A stretch of 58,317 nt of DNA from a virus (taxonomy: Duplodnaviria > Caudoviricetes): positions 1 to 58,317 of the IMG/VR virus record IMGVR_UViG_3300050139_000117; one strand, given 5' to 3'. Under the pieces are notes generated by a model. The model was given only the letters and a program-made list of their open reading frames with translations, did not search any database and was not told the DNA's origin. This document shows positions 48,018 to 55,301 of this stretch, one piece after another. The translations under genes were made by a program, and so were the position numbers. The number at the start of each line of letters is the position of its first letter. Positions within the stretch are counted from its first letter, which is position 1.

Positions 48018-48572
48018 TTATTGTTGAACTTTTATGATTGTTGGATTGTAAATTATATAGTGAGTTACATCATTATATTCTTTAGGGATACAAAGACCAT
48101 CAATTCCCATTTTAACCATGTTTCTAACATAATCAACTGGTTCATTTTTGTAAAAATCATACCAAATTTGTTGAGCAACGTCTTTTTCAGTGTCATTATA
48201 ATCTAATGCACTGTCTACGAACACATTAACACCTTTTTTAGGATTTTCATCGTAATTTTGGGCATGCATTTCCCATTCTGGGGCCATCATGGTCATTTTG
48301 GTAACCAGAGGACGTAATTTTTTTGGATTGGTTGGTGTTTTGTCTAAAAGAAGTCTTGGAGTGATGGTTGCAGTATATACAAACTCACCATAACCATTTG
48401 CTTCTTCTTTTGATGATGTAAAGTAAATTCCAGGCCCCTCTTGGTCCACAGCCTCTTTCCCACCAACGAAATCATCAGTAAATTTAGCGATTTGTGTTGG
48501 TGAACCGTGATAAACTGTAATTGAACCACCTTTAAGTGCTTCATTAAGTCTTTGTTTTATAAGCTGTTTCAT
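48018..48572 (-). CDS. ART-fold-like protein, possibly virion-packaged
   Basis: VYHGS...GPGIYFTSS..EA..Y...GIDG; MKQLIKQRLNE start. Confidence 0.55.
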   Translation of the reverse strand: MKQLIKQRLNEALKGGSITVYHGSPTQIAKFTDDFVGGKEAVDQEGPGIYFTSSKEEANGYGEFVYTATITPRLLLDKTPTNPKKLRPLVTKMTMMAPEWEMHAQNYDENPKKGVNVFVDSALDYNDTEKDVAQQIWYDFYKNEPVDYVRNMVKMGIDGLCIPKEYNDVTHYIIYNPTIIKVQQ

Positions 48573-48615
48573 ACTTATAAATATTGATTATCTGACTAAA
48601 AGTTTAGTCTATTTG

Positions 48616-48699
48616 CGGAGAGCAGAGAAATCGAATCCCATACCTTTCGGTACCCTTTGTTTAGCAAACAAGGACGGCAACCATACCGCATTACTCTCC
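48616..48699 (-). tRNA. tRNA-Ser(GCT)
   Basis: TT-GCT-AA loop, long variable arm TACC-GAAA-GGTA, G73. Confidence 0.8.
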
Positions 48700-48703
48700 A
48701 TTG

Positions 48704-48774
48704 TAGTCCCAATAGGATTCGAACCTATATTAATTGCTTAGAAGGCAATTGTCCTTCCCTTGAACGATGGAACC
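48704..48774 (-). tRNA. tRNA-Arg(TCT), canonical
   Basis: ATTGC CT-TCT-AA GCAAT. Confidence 0.9.
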
Positions 48775-48780
48775 ATTTAG

Positions 48781-48860
48781 AACCGACAATGGGATTCGAA
48801 CCCACATTTGCACATCCAGTTACGATTATCTGCTTAGAAGGCAAACTCGTGTATATCGGC
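48781..48860 (-). tRNA. Rewired tRNA-Arg(TCT): no D-arm at normal position, D-loop-like AACTGGAT 3' of anticodon arm
   Basis: GCCGATA TAC ACGA G TTTGC CTTCTAA GCAGA TAA TCGT AACTGGAT GTG CAAAT then T arm. Confidence 0.7.
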
Positions 48861-48898
48861 ATTTGTACGGTTACGTCTGAAACGTTCCCGACTTTCAG

Positions 48899-48971
48899 TA
48901 GTCCCACCCAGATTCGAACTGAGCCCTTAGATTTAGGAAATCCAAATTCTATCCTAATAAACTATAGAACC
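48899..48971 (-). tRNA. tRNA-Arg(CCT)
   Basis: TGGAT TT-CCT-AA ATCTA. Confidence 0.82.
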
Positions 48972-48976
48972 ATTTG

Positions 48977-49050
48977 TACACTCAGTAAGATTCGAACTTA
49001 CAGCCTTTCGCTTCGTAGGCGAATGCTCTATCCAGTTGAGCTATGAGTGC
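48977..49050 (-). tRNA. tRNA-Arg(ACG)
   Basis: TTCGC CT-ACG-AA GCGAA; D-loop AACTGGATA. Confidence 0.92.
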
Positions 49051-49056
49051 ATGTTG

Positions 49057-49135
49057 AACACCTAGAGGGATTCGAACCCCCGATTTCAGTTCCGCTACCC
49101 TTATTGATTTCGAAGACCAATGGGACTATAGGTGC
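49057..49135 (-). tRNA. Rewired tRNA-Arg(TCG)
   Basis: GCACCTA TAGT CCC A TTGGT CTTCGAA ATCAA TAA GGG TAGCGGA ACTG AAATC then T arm. Confidence 0.7.
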
Positions 49136-49144
49136 ATTTGTTTG

Positions 49145-49221
49145 TCCCGACAGTCAGAATCGAACTGACATGTGACCAATTACACTTTCAACGCCTTATG
49201 AGAGCGAGGTGATATGTCGGG
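49145..49221 (-). tRNA. Rewired tRNA(CAT), Met or lysidine-Ile
   Basis: CCCGACA TAT CAC C TCGCT CTCATAA GGCGT TGAAA GTG TAATTGGT CACAT then T arm. Confidence 0.65.
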
Positions 49222-49225
49222 ATTG

Positions 49226-49313
49226 CGGATGGTACAGGATTCGAACCTGTGATGGAACTTACGTTCACCAGATTAACAGTCTGGACTTTTCGACCAACTA
49301 AAGCAAACCATCC
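49226..49313 (-). tRNA. tRNA-Asn(GTT) with long variable arm
   Basis: CCAGA CT-GTT-AA TCTGG; V-arm GAAC-GTAA-GTTC. Confidence 0.8.
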
Positions 49314-49397
49314 GTATTTTTTTTTAATTCTTCATGTATTTCAATATGACAATTTGCACATACTGATGTCTAACAAACAACCGTTTTACCATTATTA

Positions 49398-49580
49398 CTA
49401 CTTATCCTTATATTCTTTAAATTCGTTTTCTTTTAATTCTGTTAGTTCTTCAATACTATGTGAATACGTTATGTATGTTGGACCATTATTTATTGTTCGT
49501 TTATATTCATAAGTATAAACAGGTCCATTTGAAGATTCAATTATAGTTTTATTTATCCCTAATCTATGTACTACTATCAT
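49398..49580 (-). CDS. Small hypothetical protein in the tRNA array
   Basis: 60-aa ORF with a short internal repeat (NGP.Y). Confidence 0.4.
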   Translation of the reverse strand: MIVVHRLGINKTIIESSNGPVYTYEYKRTINNGPTYITYSHSIEELTELKENEFKEYKDK

Positions 49581-49596
49581 ATTTTTATTTTTATTG

Positions 49597-49669
49597 CGGA
49601 TAGTGTAGGAATCGAACCTACCACCCTCGGCTTAACAAACCGCAGCTACACCTTGTCAGCTTACTATCC
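49597..49669 (-). tRNA. tRNA-Asn(GTT)
   Basis: TT-GTT-AA loop, GGATAGT/ACTATCC, G73. Confidence 0.82.
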
Positions 49670-49676
49670 AATTTTG

Positions 49677-49756
49677 TAGGGACGATGGGACTTGAACCCA
49701 CATTTTCAACGACCATTACGGTTATACAAGGTATAAGCTTGCATCGGTACGTCCCC
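49677..49756 (-). tRNA. Rewired tRNA-Ile(TAT)
   Basis: GGGGACG TAC CGA TGCAAG CTTATAC CTTGTA TAA CCG TAATGGTC GTTG AAAAT then T arm. Confidence 0.65.
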
Positions 49757-49846
49757 ATTTAAGTATTCTACTTTCAGAGTTGTCTCATAGGTGGGTAGTT
49801 AACCGTTAGGTCATCATGTTGCCAAGAGTTTCTTATTCATAAAATA

Positions 49847-50500
49847 CTATATTTTTATTCTTCCTTGAATCCATCCTTTATTTATCCATGAATCAAGGTC
49901 TTCTTTCTTAATCTTTTTATTTACTCCTTCTTTAGTTATCCAACAAGTACCGAATTGTGAATTTTTATCTCCATCATGTTTACCTTTATGTGATTCACTC
50001 ATTAATTGTTTTGAATCACTAGTATGTTTCTTATCTGTCCAACTTTTATTACCTTTAGAGTTACTACTCATTTTATTAGAGTATTCAGTTGACCAGTTAT
50101 CATCATTATTAAATAACCATTTTTTCCTATTTTTAATCTTCACTTTATTTTCAACAAACATTGTTACTGCTTTTTCTAAAAATTTTCTACGATGTTCTTC
50201 ACCACTAAATCCTCCTTCTCCTCCAAGTTGTAAATTCATACAAAGCTCTTCATTAATCAATTCTTTAGTAACTAATTCTTTTTCTCTATTCTTCAACGCT
50301 TCTCTTGTTGGTAACCATTCAAGTATTTCTTTAATATGATTCGCTTTACCATGATAATTGATACTAAACCAAAGCCTTTTACCACTTCCAAAATAACCAT
50401 CATTCAAATTATCAGTTGAATGCATTCCGATGTAATATCTATTTGTTACTTTACAAGTAATCTTATAGATGTAATTAAATTTCTTTTCTTGTCTTGCCAT
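49847..50500 (-). CDS. GIY-YIG homing endonuclease (paralog of 4661..5314)
   Basis: YIYKIT...YYIGMHST...YFGSG...NSQFGTCWITK. Confidence 0.85.
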   Translation of the reverse strand: MARQEKKFNYIYKITCKVTNRYYIGMHSTDNLNDGYFGSGKRLWFSINYHGKANHIKEILEWLPTREALKNREKELVTKELINEELCMNLQLGGEGGFSGEEHRRKFLEKAVTMFVENKVKIKNRKKWLFNNDDNWSTEYSNKMSSNSKGNKSWTDKKHTSDSKQLMSESHKGKHDGDKNSQFGTCWITKEGVNKKIKKEDLDSWINKGWIQGRIKI

Positions 50501-50537
50501 ATATTATAAATATGTAGCAAGTACAGAAAGTTCAAGG

Positions 50538-50620
50538 TTGTGACGGTGAGAATCGAACTCACTTTGTAGTTGCCTACCCACGGTATCAGCGTGGTACCTA
50601 AACCATCCAGCCCCGTCACA
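50538..50620 (-). tRNA. tRNA-Ile(GAT) with long variable arm
   Basis: CCACG CT-GAT-AC CGTGG; V-arm GTAG-GCAA-CTAC. Confidence 0.78.
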
Positions 50621-50625
50621 ATATG

Positions 50626-50697
50626 TTGGCTCACTCAGACTCGAACTGAGAATACATCGGTATCAGCGATGCGTGATAACCATTTCACCATGTGCCA
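50626..50697 (-). tRNA. tRNA-Ile(GAT)
   Basis: CATCG CT-GAT-AC CGATG. Confidence 0.85.
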
Positions 50698-50709
50698 ATT
50701 TGTGGAATT

Positions 50710-50931
50710 TTATTTCCACTGATTTTTTCTGTTATATTTCCAAGTACGATATTTTCTTACTTCGTACATTTGTAAATATTTATTTGGATTTTTATATCCT
50801 CTTCTATATGTTGGATGGAAGCTAGTTCCTTCATCCCAATATCTAGGGTATAATTCAGACAGCCAAATTCTGTTGTGTTGATTATTACTAATCGCTTTGT
50901 TGAGCTTCGCTCTGTTTCTGTTGATACTCAT
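50710..50931 (-). CDS. Small basic protein in the tRNA array
   Basis: Arg/Lys/Trp-rich, ends RTWKYNRKNQWK. Confidence 0.55.
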   Translation of the reverse strand: MSINRNRAKLNKAISNNQHNRIWLSELYPRYWDEGTSFHPTYRRGYKNPNKYLQMYEVRKYRTWKYNRKNQWK

Positions 50932-51001
50932 TTTCTTTGAGTCTATTGTTTAGTAGACCTCAAAGCATGTCAAATAACTTTTTCATTTGTTTTTGTTTTA
51001 G

Positions 51002-51097
51002 CTCTCAAAGATGGGTTCGAACCACTTTATACCAAACGAATGTTTCACGCTTCTAATTAGTAAGTCTTGCAAGACCTCAAACTAATTTGCTTTGAGA
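51002..51097 (-). ncRNA. tRNA-like RNA with 8-bp acceptor-like stem and no recognisable anticodon loop
   Basis: TCTCAAAG/CTTTGAGA, GTGG-TTCGAAC-CCAT, long hairpin in D position. Confidence 0.5.
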
Positions 51098-51103
51098 ATT
51101 TTG

Positions 51104-51191
51104 GGTGTCAGACGAGACTCGAACTCGCAAGGAACTTTCGTTCTTCTGGCTCACAACCAGACTCGATAACCATTTACGGACTACAGACACC
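51104..51191 (-). tRNA. tRNA-His(GTG) with long variable arm
   Basis: G-1/C73; TCTGG TT-GTG-AG CCAGA; V-arm GAAC-GAAA-GTTC. Confidence 0.75.
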
Positions 51192-51201
51192 ATATAATTT
51201 G

Positions 51202-51276
51202 GGCGACCTACGGGGCTCGAACCCGTGACCCTCAGAACCACAATCTGATGCTCTAACCAACTGAGCTAAGGTCGCC
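51202..51276 (-). tRNA. tRNA-His(GTG)
   Basis: G-1/C73; TCAGA TT-GTG-GT TCTGA. Confidence 0.92.
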
Positions 51277-51340
51277 ATATTATTCTCCGCAAATTTGCGG
51301 AGAATGTTTTATTTTATCTCCGCATATTTTGCGGAGATTG

Positions 51341-51425
51341 AGGAAGAGGTGGGATTCGAACCCACGGACCTGTTACGGCCTCCAGTTTTCAAGACTGGTG
51401 CAATAGACCACTCTGCCACCCTTCC
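51341..51425 (-). tRNA. tRNA-Ser(TGA)
   Basis: CCAGT CT-TGA-AA ACTGG; long V-arm. Confidence 0.9.
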
Positions 51426-51460
51426 AATTGGGGTACGTAACGTGTACCATTCGAAATTTG

Positions 51461-51557
51461 CGGAGAGAGAGGGATTCGAACCCACACACCCTATTTCTAG
51501 GAGCCCTCGATTTTCAAGACCGCTGCCGCTACCCAGATTCTTTCGGCTTATCTCTCC
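51461..51557 (-). tRNA. tRNA-Ser(TGA) with enlarged D-loop
   Basis: GGAGAGA/TCTCTCC, CT-TGA-AA, long V-arm, G73. Confidence 0.8.
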
Positions 51558-51561
51558 AAAT

Positions 51562-51651
51562 ATCGCAGTACAGGATTCGAACCTGTGGTCCCCAGAACGG
51601 GGACATCCTCTTTCATTGGAGGATTGCTTTAAGCCACTCAGCCAACTGCTT
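51562..51651 (-). tRNA. Ser-like tRNA with enlarged anticodon loop and frayed acceptor (pseudo or atypical)
   Basis: ATCCTC-CAATGAAA-GAGGAT; V-arm GTCCCC/GGGGAC; intact T arm. Confidence 0.55.
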
Positions 51652-51654
51652 CTG

Positions 51655-51754
51655 CACGTACAGTAGGATTCGAACCCACATAGAGACTTAATTCCAAAGA
51701 ATACTTGCTCTCGGTTTTGGAGACCGTTGCCTATAACCATTCGGCCATGTACGT
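51655..51754 (-). tRNA. tRNA-Trp(CCA) with very long variable arm
   Basis: ACGTACA/TGTACGT, CT-CCA-AA, about 30-nt V region, G73. Confidence 0.75.
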
Positions 51755-51760
51755 ATATTG

Positions 51761-51831
51761 CACGAGTGGAGAGATTCGAACTCCCGTCAATGGTTTTGGA
51801 GACCACGATTCTACCGCTGAACTACACTCGT
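51761..51831 (-). tRNA. tRNA-Trp(CCA)
   Basis: GTGGT CT-CCA-AA ACCAT. Confidence 0.92.
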
Positions 51832-51846
51832 ATGATAATCAATATG

Positions 51847-52017
51847 TCAAAGTACTACGTAGATAAACACTCTACCATGTTCTCGGATGAATTTTATTTC
51901 ACCCTCACAGCCAGCATCAAGTGCTCGTTTCTTGTATTTTTCATACAAGTTATCGAAGTCTGCATTCAAAACCTTGGTTTTTTCAACTCCTAGTTTTTTT
52001 AATCTTTCTTCTGGCAT
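51847..52017 (-). CDS. 56-aa hypothetical protein, first gene after the attenuator (not in ORF track)
   Basis: MPEERLKKLGVEKTKVLNADFDNLYEKYKKRALDAGCEGEIKFIREHGRVFIYVVL. Confidence 0.55.
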   Translation of the reverse strand: MPEERLKKLGVEKTKVLNADFDNLYEKYKKRALDAGCEGEIKFIREHGRVFIYVVL

Positions 52018-52028
52018 AGTCAATAAAT

Positions 52029-52123
52029 AAAAAACCCGACTTAGATTTCTCCGAGTCGGGTCTGAATGTTATTTGTTATTATGATTAAAAATCATCGTAA
52101 AAATTAACAGCCATAGCCGACTC
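52029..52123 (-). terminator. Attenuator terminator with competing antiterminator
   Basis: ACCCGACTC/AAGTCGGGT stem then T-tract; GAGTCGG in the leader (52117-52123) complements CCGACTC. Confidence 0.85.
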
Positions 52124-52186
52124 AAACTGGTGACTATTACGTCTCCAATTGCTAATCGATATTATATGCATGTTAATTGTTCTCAT
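52085..52186 (-). CDS. Leader peptide MRTINMHIISISNWRRNSHQFESAMAVNFYDDF
   Basis: 33-codon uORF between promoter (52223-52230) and terminator; codons match the downstream tRNA set. Confidence 0.8.
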   Translation of the reverse strand: MRTINMHIISISNWRRNSHQFESAMAVNFYDDF

Positions 52187-52192
52187 TTTATT

Positions 52193-52326
52193 ATAAATAT
52201 ACTGTTATTGTTAAAAGTTATACAAAGGTACTAACTATTTTTGTAAAAAGCAAGTTTTTTTGTAATTATTTTCAAATTATTTTATTTCTTAAGTGCAAAG
52301 GTACGAATAATACTTGAATTCACCAA
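52193..52326 (-). promoter_or_regulatory. Two Bacteroidota-type promoters plus ATATTTAT motif driving leader and tRNA array
   Basis: TACCTTTG at 52223-52230 and 52296-52303; ATATTTAT at 52193-52200. Confidence 0.7.
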
Positions 52327-52328
52327 AT

Positions 52329-52793
52329 TTATTTTACAAATTTTTCAGCTGTTACCCAAACACTTGGTGTTAAACAAACCAAATCTCTACGTCTTAACCA
52401 ACTTTCTAAATTTTTAAGACTTTTTAATTGTTGTCCCCAGATATAGTCAAAACCCATTGATTTAGGATAATCTTTTAATTTGTTACCCCATCCTTGTCCT
52501 TGAATTGATTTATCCACTGCAAGTAATACACCTTCAATACCTTTTAATCCTTTATATTCGCTCATAGTTGCAAACTCATATGTTGGTTTTATTGAATCGA
52601 TTTGTTTATCACCGAATAAATATAATCCATTTAATTCTTCACCATCTACAAGCATAATAGATAAATTCCAATTGGTTTCTTGAGCAATGATTGCGAAAAA
52701 ATAATCTTTATCTGTTACATGTTTAAAATATTCAAAAGCCCATGTAGTTACAGCAAGTCTTCTATGTTCTGGTATACCTTGTTTAATCTTCAT
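52329..52793 (-). CDS. GNAT-like acetyltransferase
   Basis: LAVDKSIQGQGWGNKL acetyl-CoA-binding motif. Confidence 0.6.
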   Translation of the reverse strand: MKIKQGIPEHRRLAVTTWAFEYFKHVTDKDYFFAIIAQETNWNLSIMLVDGEELNGLYLFGDKQIDSIKPTYEFATMSEYKGLKGIEGVLLAVDKSIQGQGWGNKLKDYPKSMGFDYIWGQQLKSLKNLESWLRRRDLVCLTPSVWVTAEKFVK

Positions 52794-53358
52794 CTCTAGT
52801 TATACCAGTATAAAAATCTTGTGTAATATTATTTGGAATATATCTCAAATCTATTTCACCTGTTTGTGAATTAACAAGTGGTCTTTTATTTGGGATTATT
52901 TCAAAAAATTGATACTGCCTAATTTTCCAAATGGAATCCAATTCTTTTTCAGTGTATGAAATATGACCTTGCCATGGGTCCAACACTTTAAATGTATCTG
53001 GATAAATAAAATTAACATTTTCTACTATTATCCAATGTGGGACACCTTTGGTTATTGTTCTAAGTATTGGTATATTTCCATCCGCAATAATTTGTCTAAG
53101 CAATTCATAAGGTCTTGGACTACACATATGTTCAACATAATTAAGATTCAAGGTTTTCATTCCTTTAATCATTCTTTCTGGTGGTGTACCAACTTCCCAA
53201 TCGGTTCCACACATTTCAGCAATGTCTTTTATTGTATATTTAACAGGAACTGTGAAGGGTAAATCATTTGGCCAATTAACTACAGCTTCAAATGCCATGT
53301 ATAAACATGTTGGGCCGCAACTATTTCCTGTTGGTTGATGACGTAAGTTAATTTTCAT
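52783..53358 (-). CDS. C39-like cysteine peptidase
   Basis: Q...SCGPTCL...HWIIV...DPW. Confidence 0.8.
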   Translation of the reverse strand: MKINLRHQPTGNSCGPTCLYMAFEAVVNWPNDLPFTVPVKYTIKDIAEMCGTDWEVGTPPERMIKGMKTLNLNYVEHMCSPRPYELLRQIIADGNIPILRTITKGVPHWIIVENVNFIYPDTFKVLDPWQGHISYTEKELDSIWKIRQYQFFEIIPNKRPLVNSQTGEIDLRYIPNNITQDFYTGITRDED

Positions 53359-53360
53359 TT

Positions 53361-53762
53361 CTAATCATCATCGAAGTCATCATCGTATTTACGACCCTTT
53401 CTTCTATCGTTGTAATCTCTATCTTCGTAGTCTTCTTCATCTTCCAATTCATCATCAATATCATCTTCATCAAGTATTGAATCTAGATATTCTTCAGTTA
53501 CAAACGTTCCAAATTCATTTTCAAAAACTTTCTTTAAACACTTGTATTCTTCGTTTGAAATTTCTTTAAAATCTACTCTGGTTAAAAGGTCTTCACCACT
53601 TTCAAATCTAATTTTTTCTTCACCTACATGATAGGTAAAATCCCAATTGATACTAGCTGCTAACTCTTCGTATCGCTCCATTTCTTTGTCGGTCATGGTA
53701 ACGAACCCCTTTATTTCAATATCGTTTAAGATATCACTAAACGTTGCTAGATATTTTGCCAT
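53361..53762 (-). CDS. Acidic hypothetical protein
   Basis: D/E-rich tail. Confidence 0.6.
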   Translation of the reverse strand: MAKYLATFSDILNDIEIKGFVTMTDKEMERYEELAASINWDFTYHVGEEKIRFESGEDLLTRVDFKEISNEEYKCLKKVFENEFGTFVTEEYLDSILDEDDIDDELEDEEDYEDRDYNDRRKGRKYDDDFDDD

Positions 53763-53811
53763 ATAAAATTAATATATGATAAATATAGCTAACTAATAAA
53801 AGAAATCAAGT

Positions 53812-54135
53812 TTATCCGTAATATAAATTATCGTATTCTGCTGATTCACCACAACACTTGCCACATATAAAACCTAATATTTCCCAAGGGTATTTTGGTG
53901 ATTGTGATTTACCTAAAAAATCTGGTTGTGGGCGTTCAATTAGCTTACCTCTTTGTGTATGTGTATGTAATATATCATCTGGAGTGATTTTACAATCACA
54001 TATTGAACATTGATAGACTATATTATCTTGTTTTCTTTTCCAAGATTGTAGTTCAAAATCAGTATGAGCTATCCCAGTATGAATTACTGGGACTTGCCCA
54101 TGCTTAATATAATTTAATTTTCTATCGTCACTCAT
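53812..54135 (-). CDS. Zn-finger-like hypothetical protein
   Basis: CSIC...CGKC. Confidence 0.5.
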   Translation of the reverse strand: MSDDRKLNYIKHGQVPVIHTGIAHTDFELQSWKRKQDNIVYQCSICDCKITPDDILHTHTQRGKLIERPQPDFLGKSQSPKYPWEILGFICGKCCGESAEYDNLYYG

Positions 54136-55025
54136 TACAACAATCTCTTAAAGTTGTCAGTTTCCATTTTTTGAATCGCTTTACCCAATTCTGGGCCAGG
54201 CTTCAAATTAAATTTTTCCATTGCTTCTGGACCACTAACACTAAGTCTGAATTTAATAAATGCATCTAATAACTTATTATCAATACCTTCGATTTTACCG
54301 AATTTCTTAATCTGTTCAACACTAACACCAGCATGTTCTTGTGCTCGTTTAAGTGCAACTGCTGTATCAACAGATAACTTCAATAATGCATCTAAAAACT
54401 TGATTGATTTTATTTCTTCATCAGTGTATTTAAGAATATTAAGTTTTTTACCAAGACTATCTAAGTTGTTACCTTTAAGCATTGCTGCAATAACTATGAT
54501 TGGGTCTTCATCATTGATAAAATTCTTATCAACAGATAAGCCAGCGAATATGGCATTAAATAAATGGTATTTGTCAATCATCTGTAAAAACTTTTTTACA
54601 GATTTGGCTGACTTGATACCTTTCATGAATTCATCACGAATACGTTCACCAGAAATACCTTGAAGACTTGCATTTTTTTGTAGTGCAGCATCAGTGGCTG
54701 GGTCTAAATCACTTCCAAATCTTCCAGCAAAACGAATTGCTCTAAGAATACGTAAACGGTCTTCACCAAATCTATCTTCTGGAGCACCAACAGTTCTTAC
54801 AACACCATTCTTAAGGTCTTGCACACCACCAACTAGGTCAACAATTTCAAATGTATCAATATCATAAAATAATGCATTGATTGTTAAGTCACGTCTTTTA
54901 ACATCACCTTCAATATTTGTAAAACTTACAGCATCTGGTCTACGACCACTCCCTTTTAAAGTGTTTTTAAAATCAGCAAATTCATCTGAAAATGAAATAT
55001 TCGCCATTTCTTCCCATTTTTCCAT
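54135..55025 (-). CDS. CCA-adding enzyme/poly(A) polymerase, C-terminal part
   Basis: GRRPDAV, RRDLTINALFYD, RFGEDRLRILRAIRF, ISGERI, GPELG. Confidence 0.9.
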   Translation of the reverse strand: MEKWEEMANISFSDEFADFKNTLKGSGRRPDAVSFTNIEGDVKRRDLTINALFYDIDTFEIVDLVGGVQDLKNGVVRTVGAPEDRFGEDRLRILRAIRFAGRFGSDLDPATDAALQKNASLQGISGERIRDEFMKGIKSAKSVKKFLQMIDKYHLFNAIFAGLSVDKNFINDEDPIIVIAAMLKGNNLDSLGKKLNILKYTDEEIKSIKFLDALLKLSVDTAVALKRAQEHAGVSVEQIKKFGKIEGIDNKLLDAFIKFRLSVSGPEAMEKFNLKPGPELGKAIQKMETDNFKRLL

Positions 55026-55301
55026 TTAATATATTTTTTTAATTGAAAATAGAATTTTAATTATTTCTGTTAACTCATCTTCAGTTCTATCTTCAAGACT
55101 ATTATTATGCACATGTTTAAAACTACTACAACACCAATTCATTGGAATAATTCTATAACCTTCCAAATCGTAATCATATTGCATTGATATTCTCCATTTT
55201 TCTAATTGGATATTAAATGTTTCATTATCTCTTTCACCAAATTTTTGTAACCATGCCTTAATTGACATTACTTGTTCTTCTTTATTCATTTTAATTTCCA
55301 T
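55026..55301 (-). CDS. Hypothetical protein between the two halves of the CCA enzyme
   Basis: 91-aa ORF coupled to the endonuclease. Confidence 0.5.
   Translation of the reverse strand: MEIKMNKEEQVMSIKAWLQKFGERDNETFNIQLEKWRISMQYDYDLEGYRIIPMNWCCSSFKHVHNNSLEDRTEDELTEIIKILFSIKKIY

Noticed and set aside
51282-51338. Two tandem palindromes (TCTCCGCA...TGCGGAGA)
   Set aside because: Probably spacer or processing hairpins related to the adjacent tRNA-Ser 3' end; two copies are too few to call a repeat element.
48657-51993. ORF-track entries overlapping the large tRNA array (48657..49046, 48725..48907, 49249..49512, 50446..50634, 51295..51666, 51309..51806, 51428..51691, 51727..51993)
   Set aside because: They are chance readings across tRNA genes.
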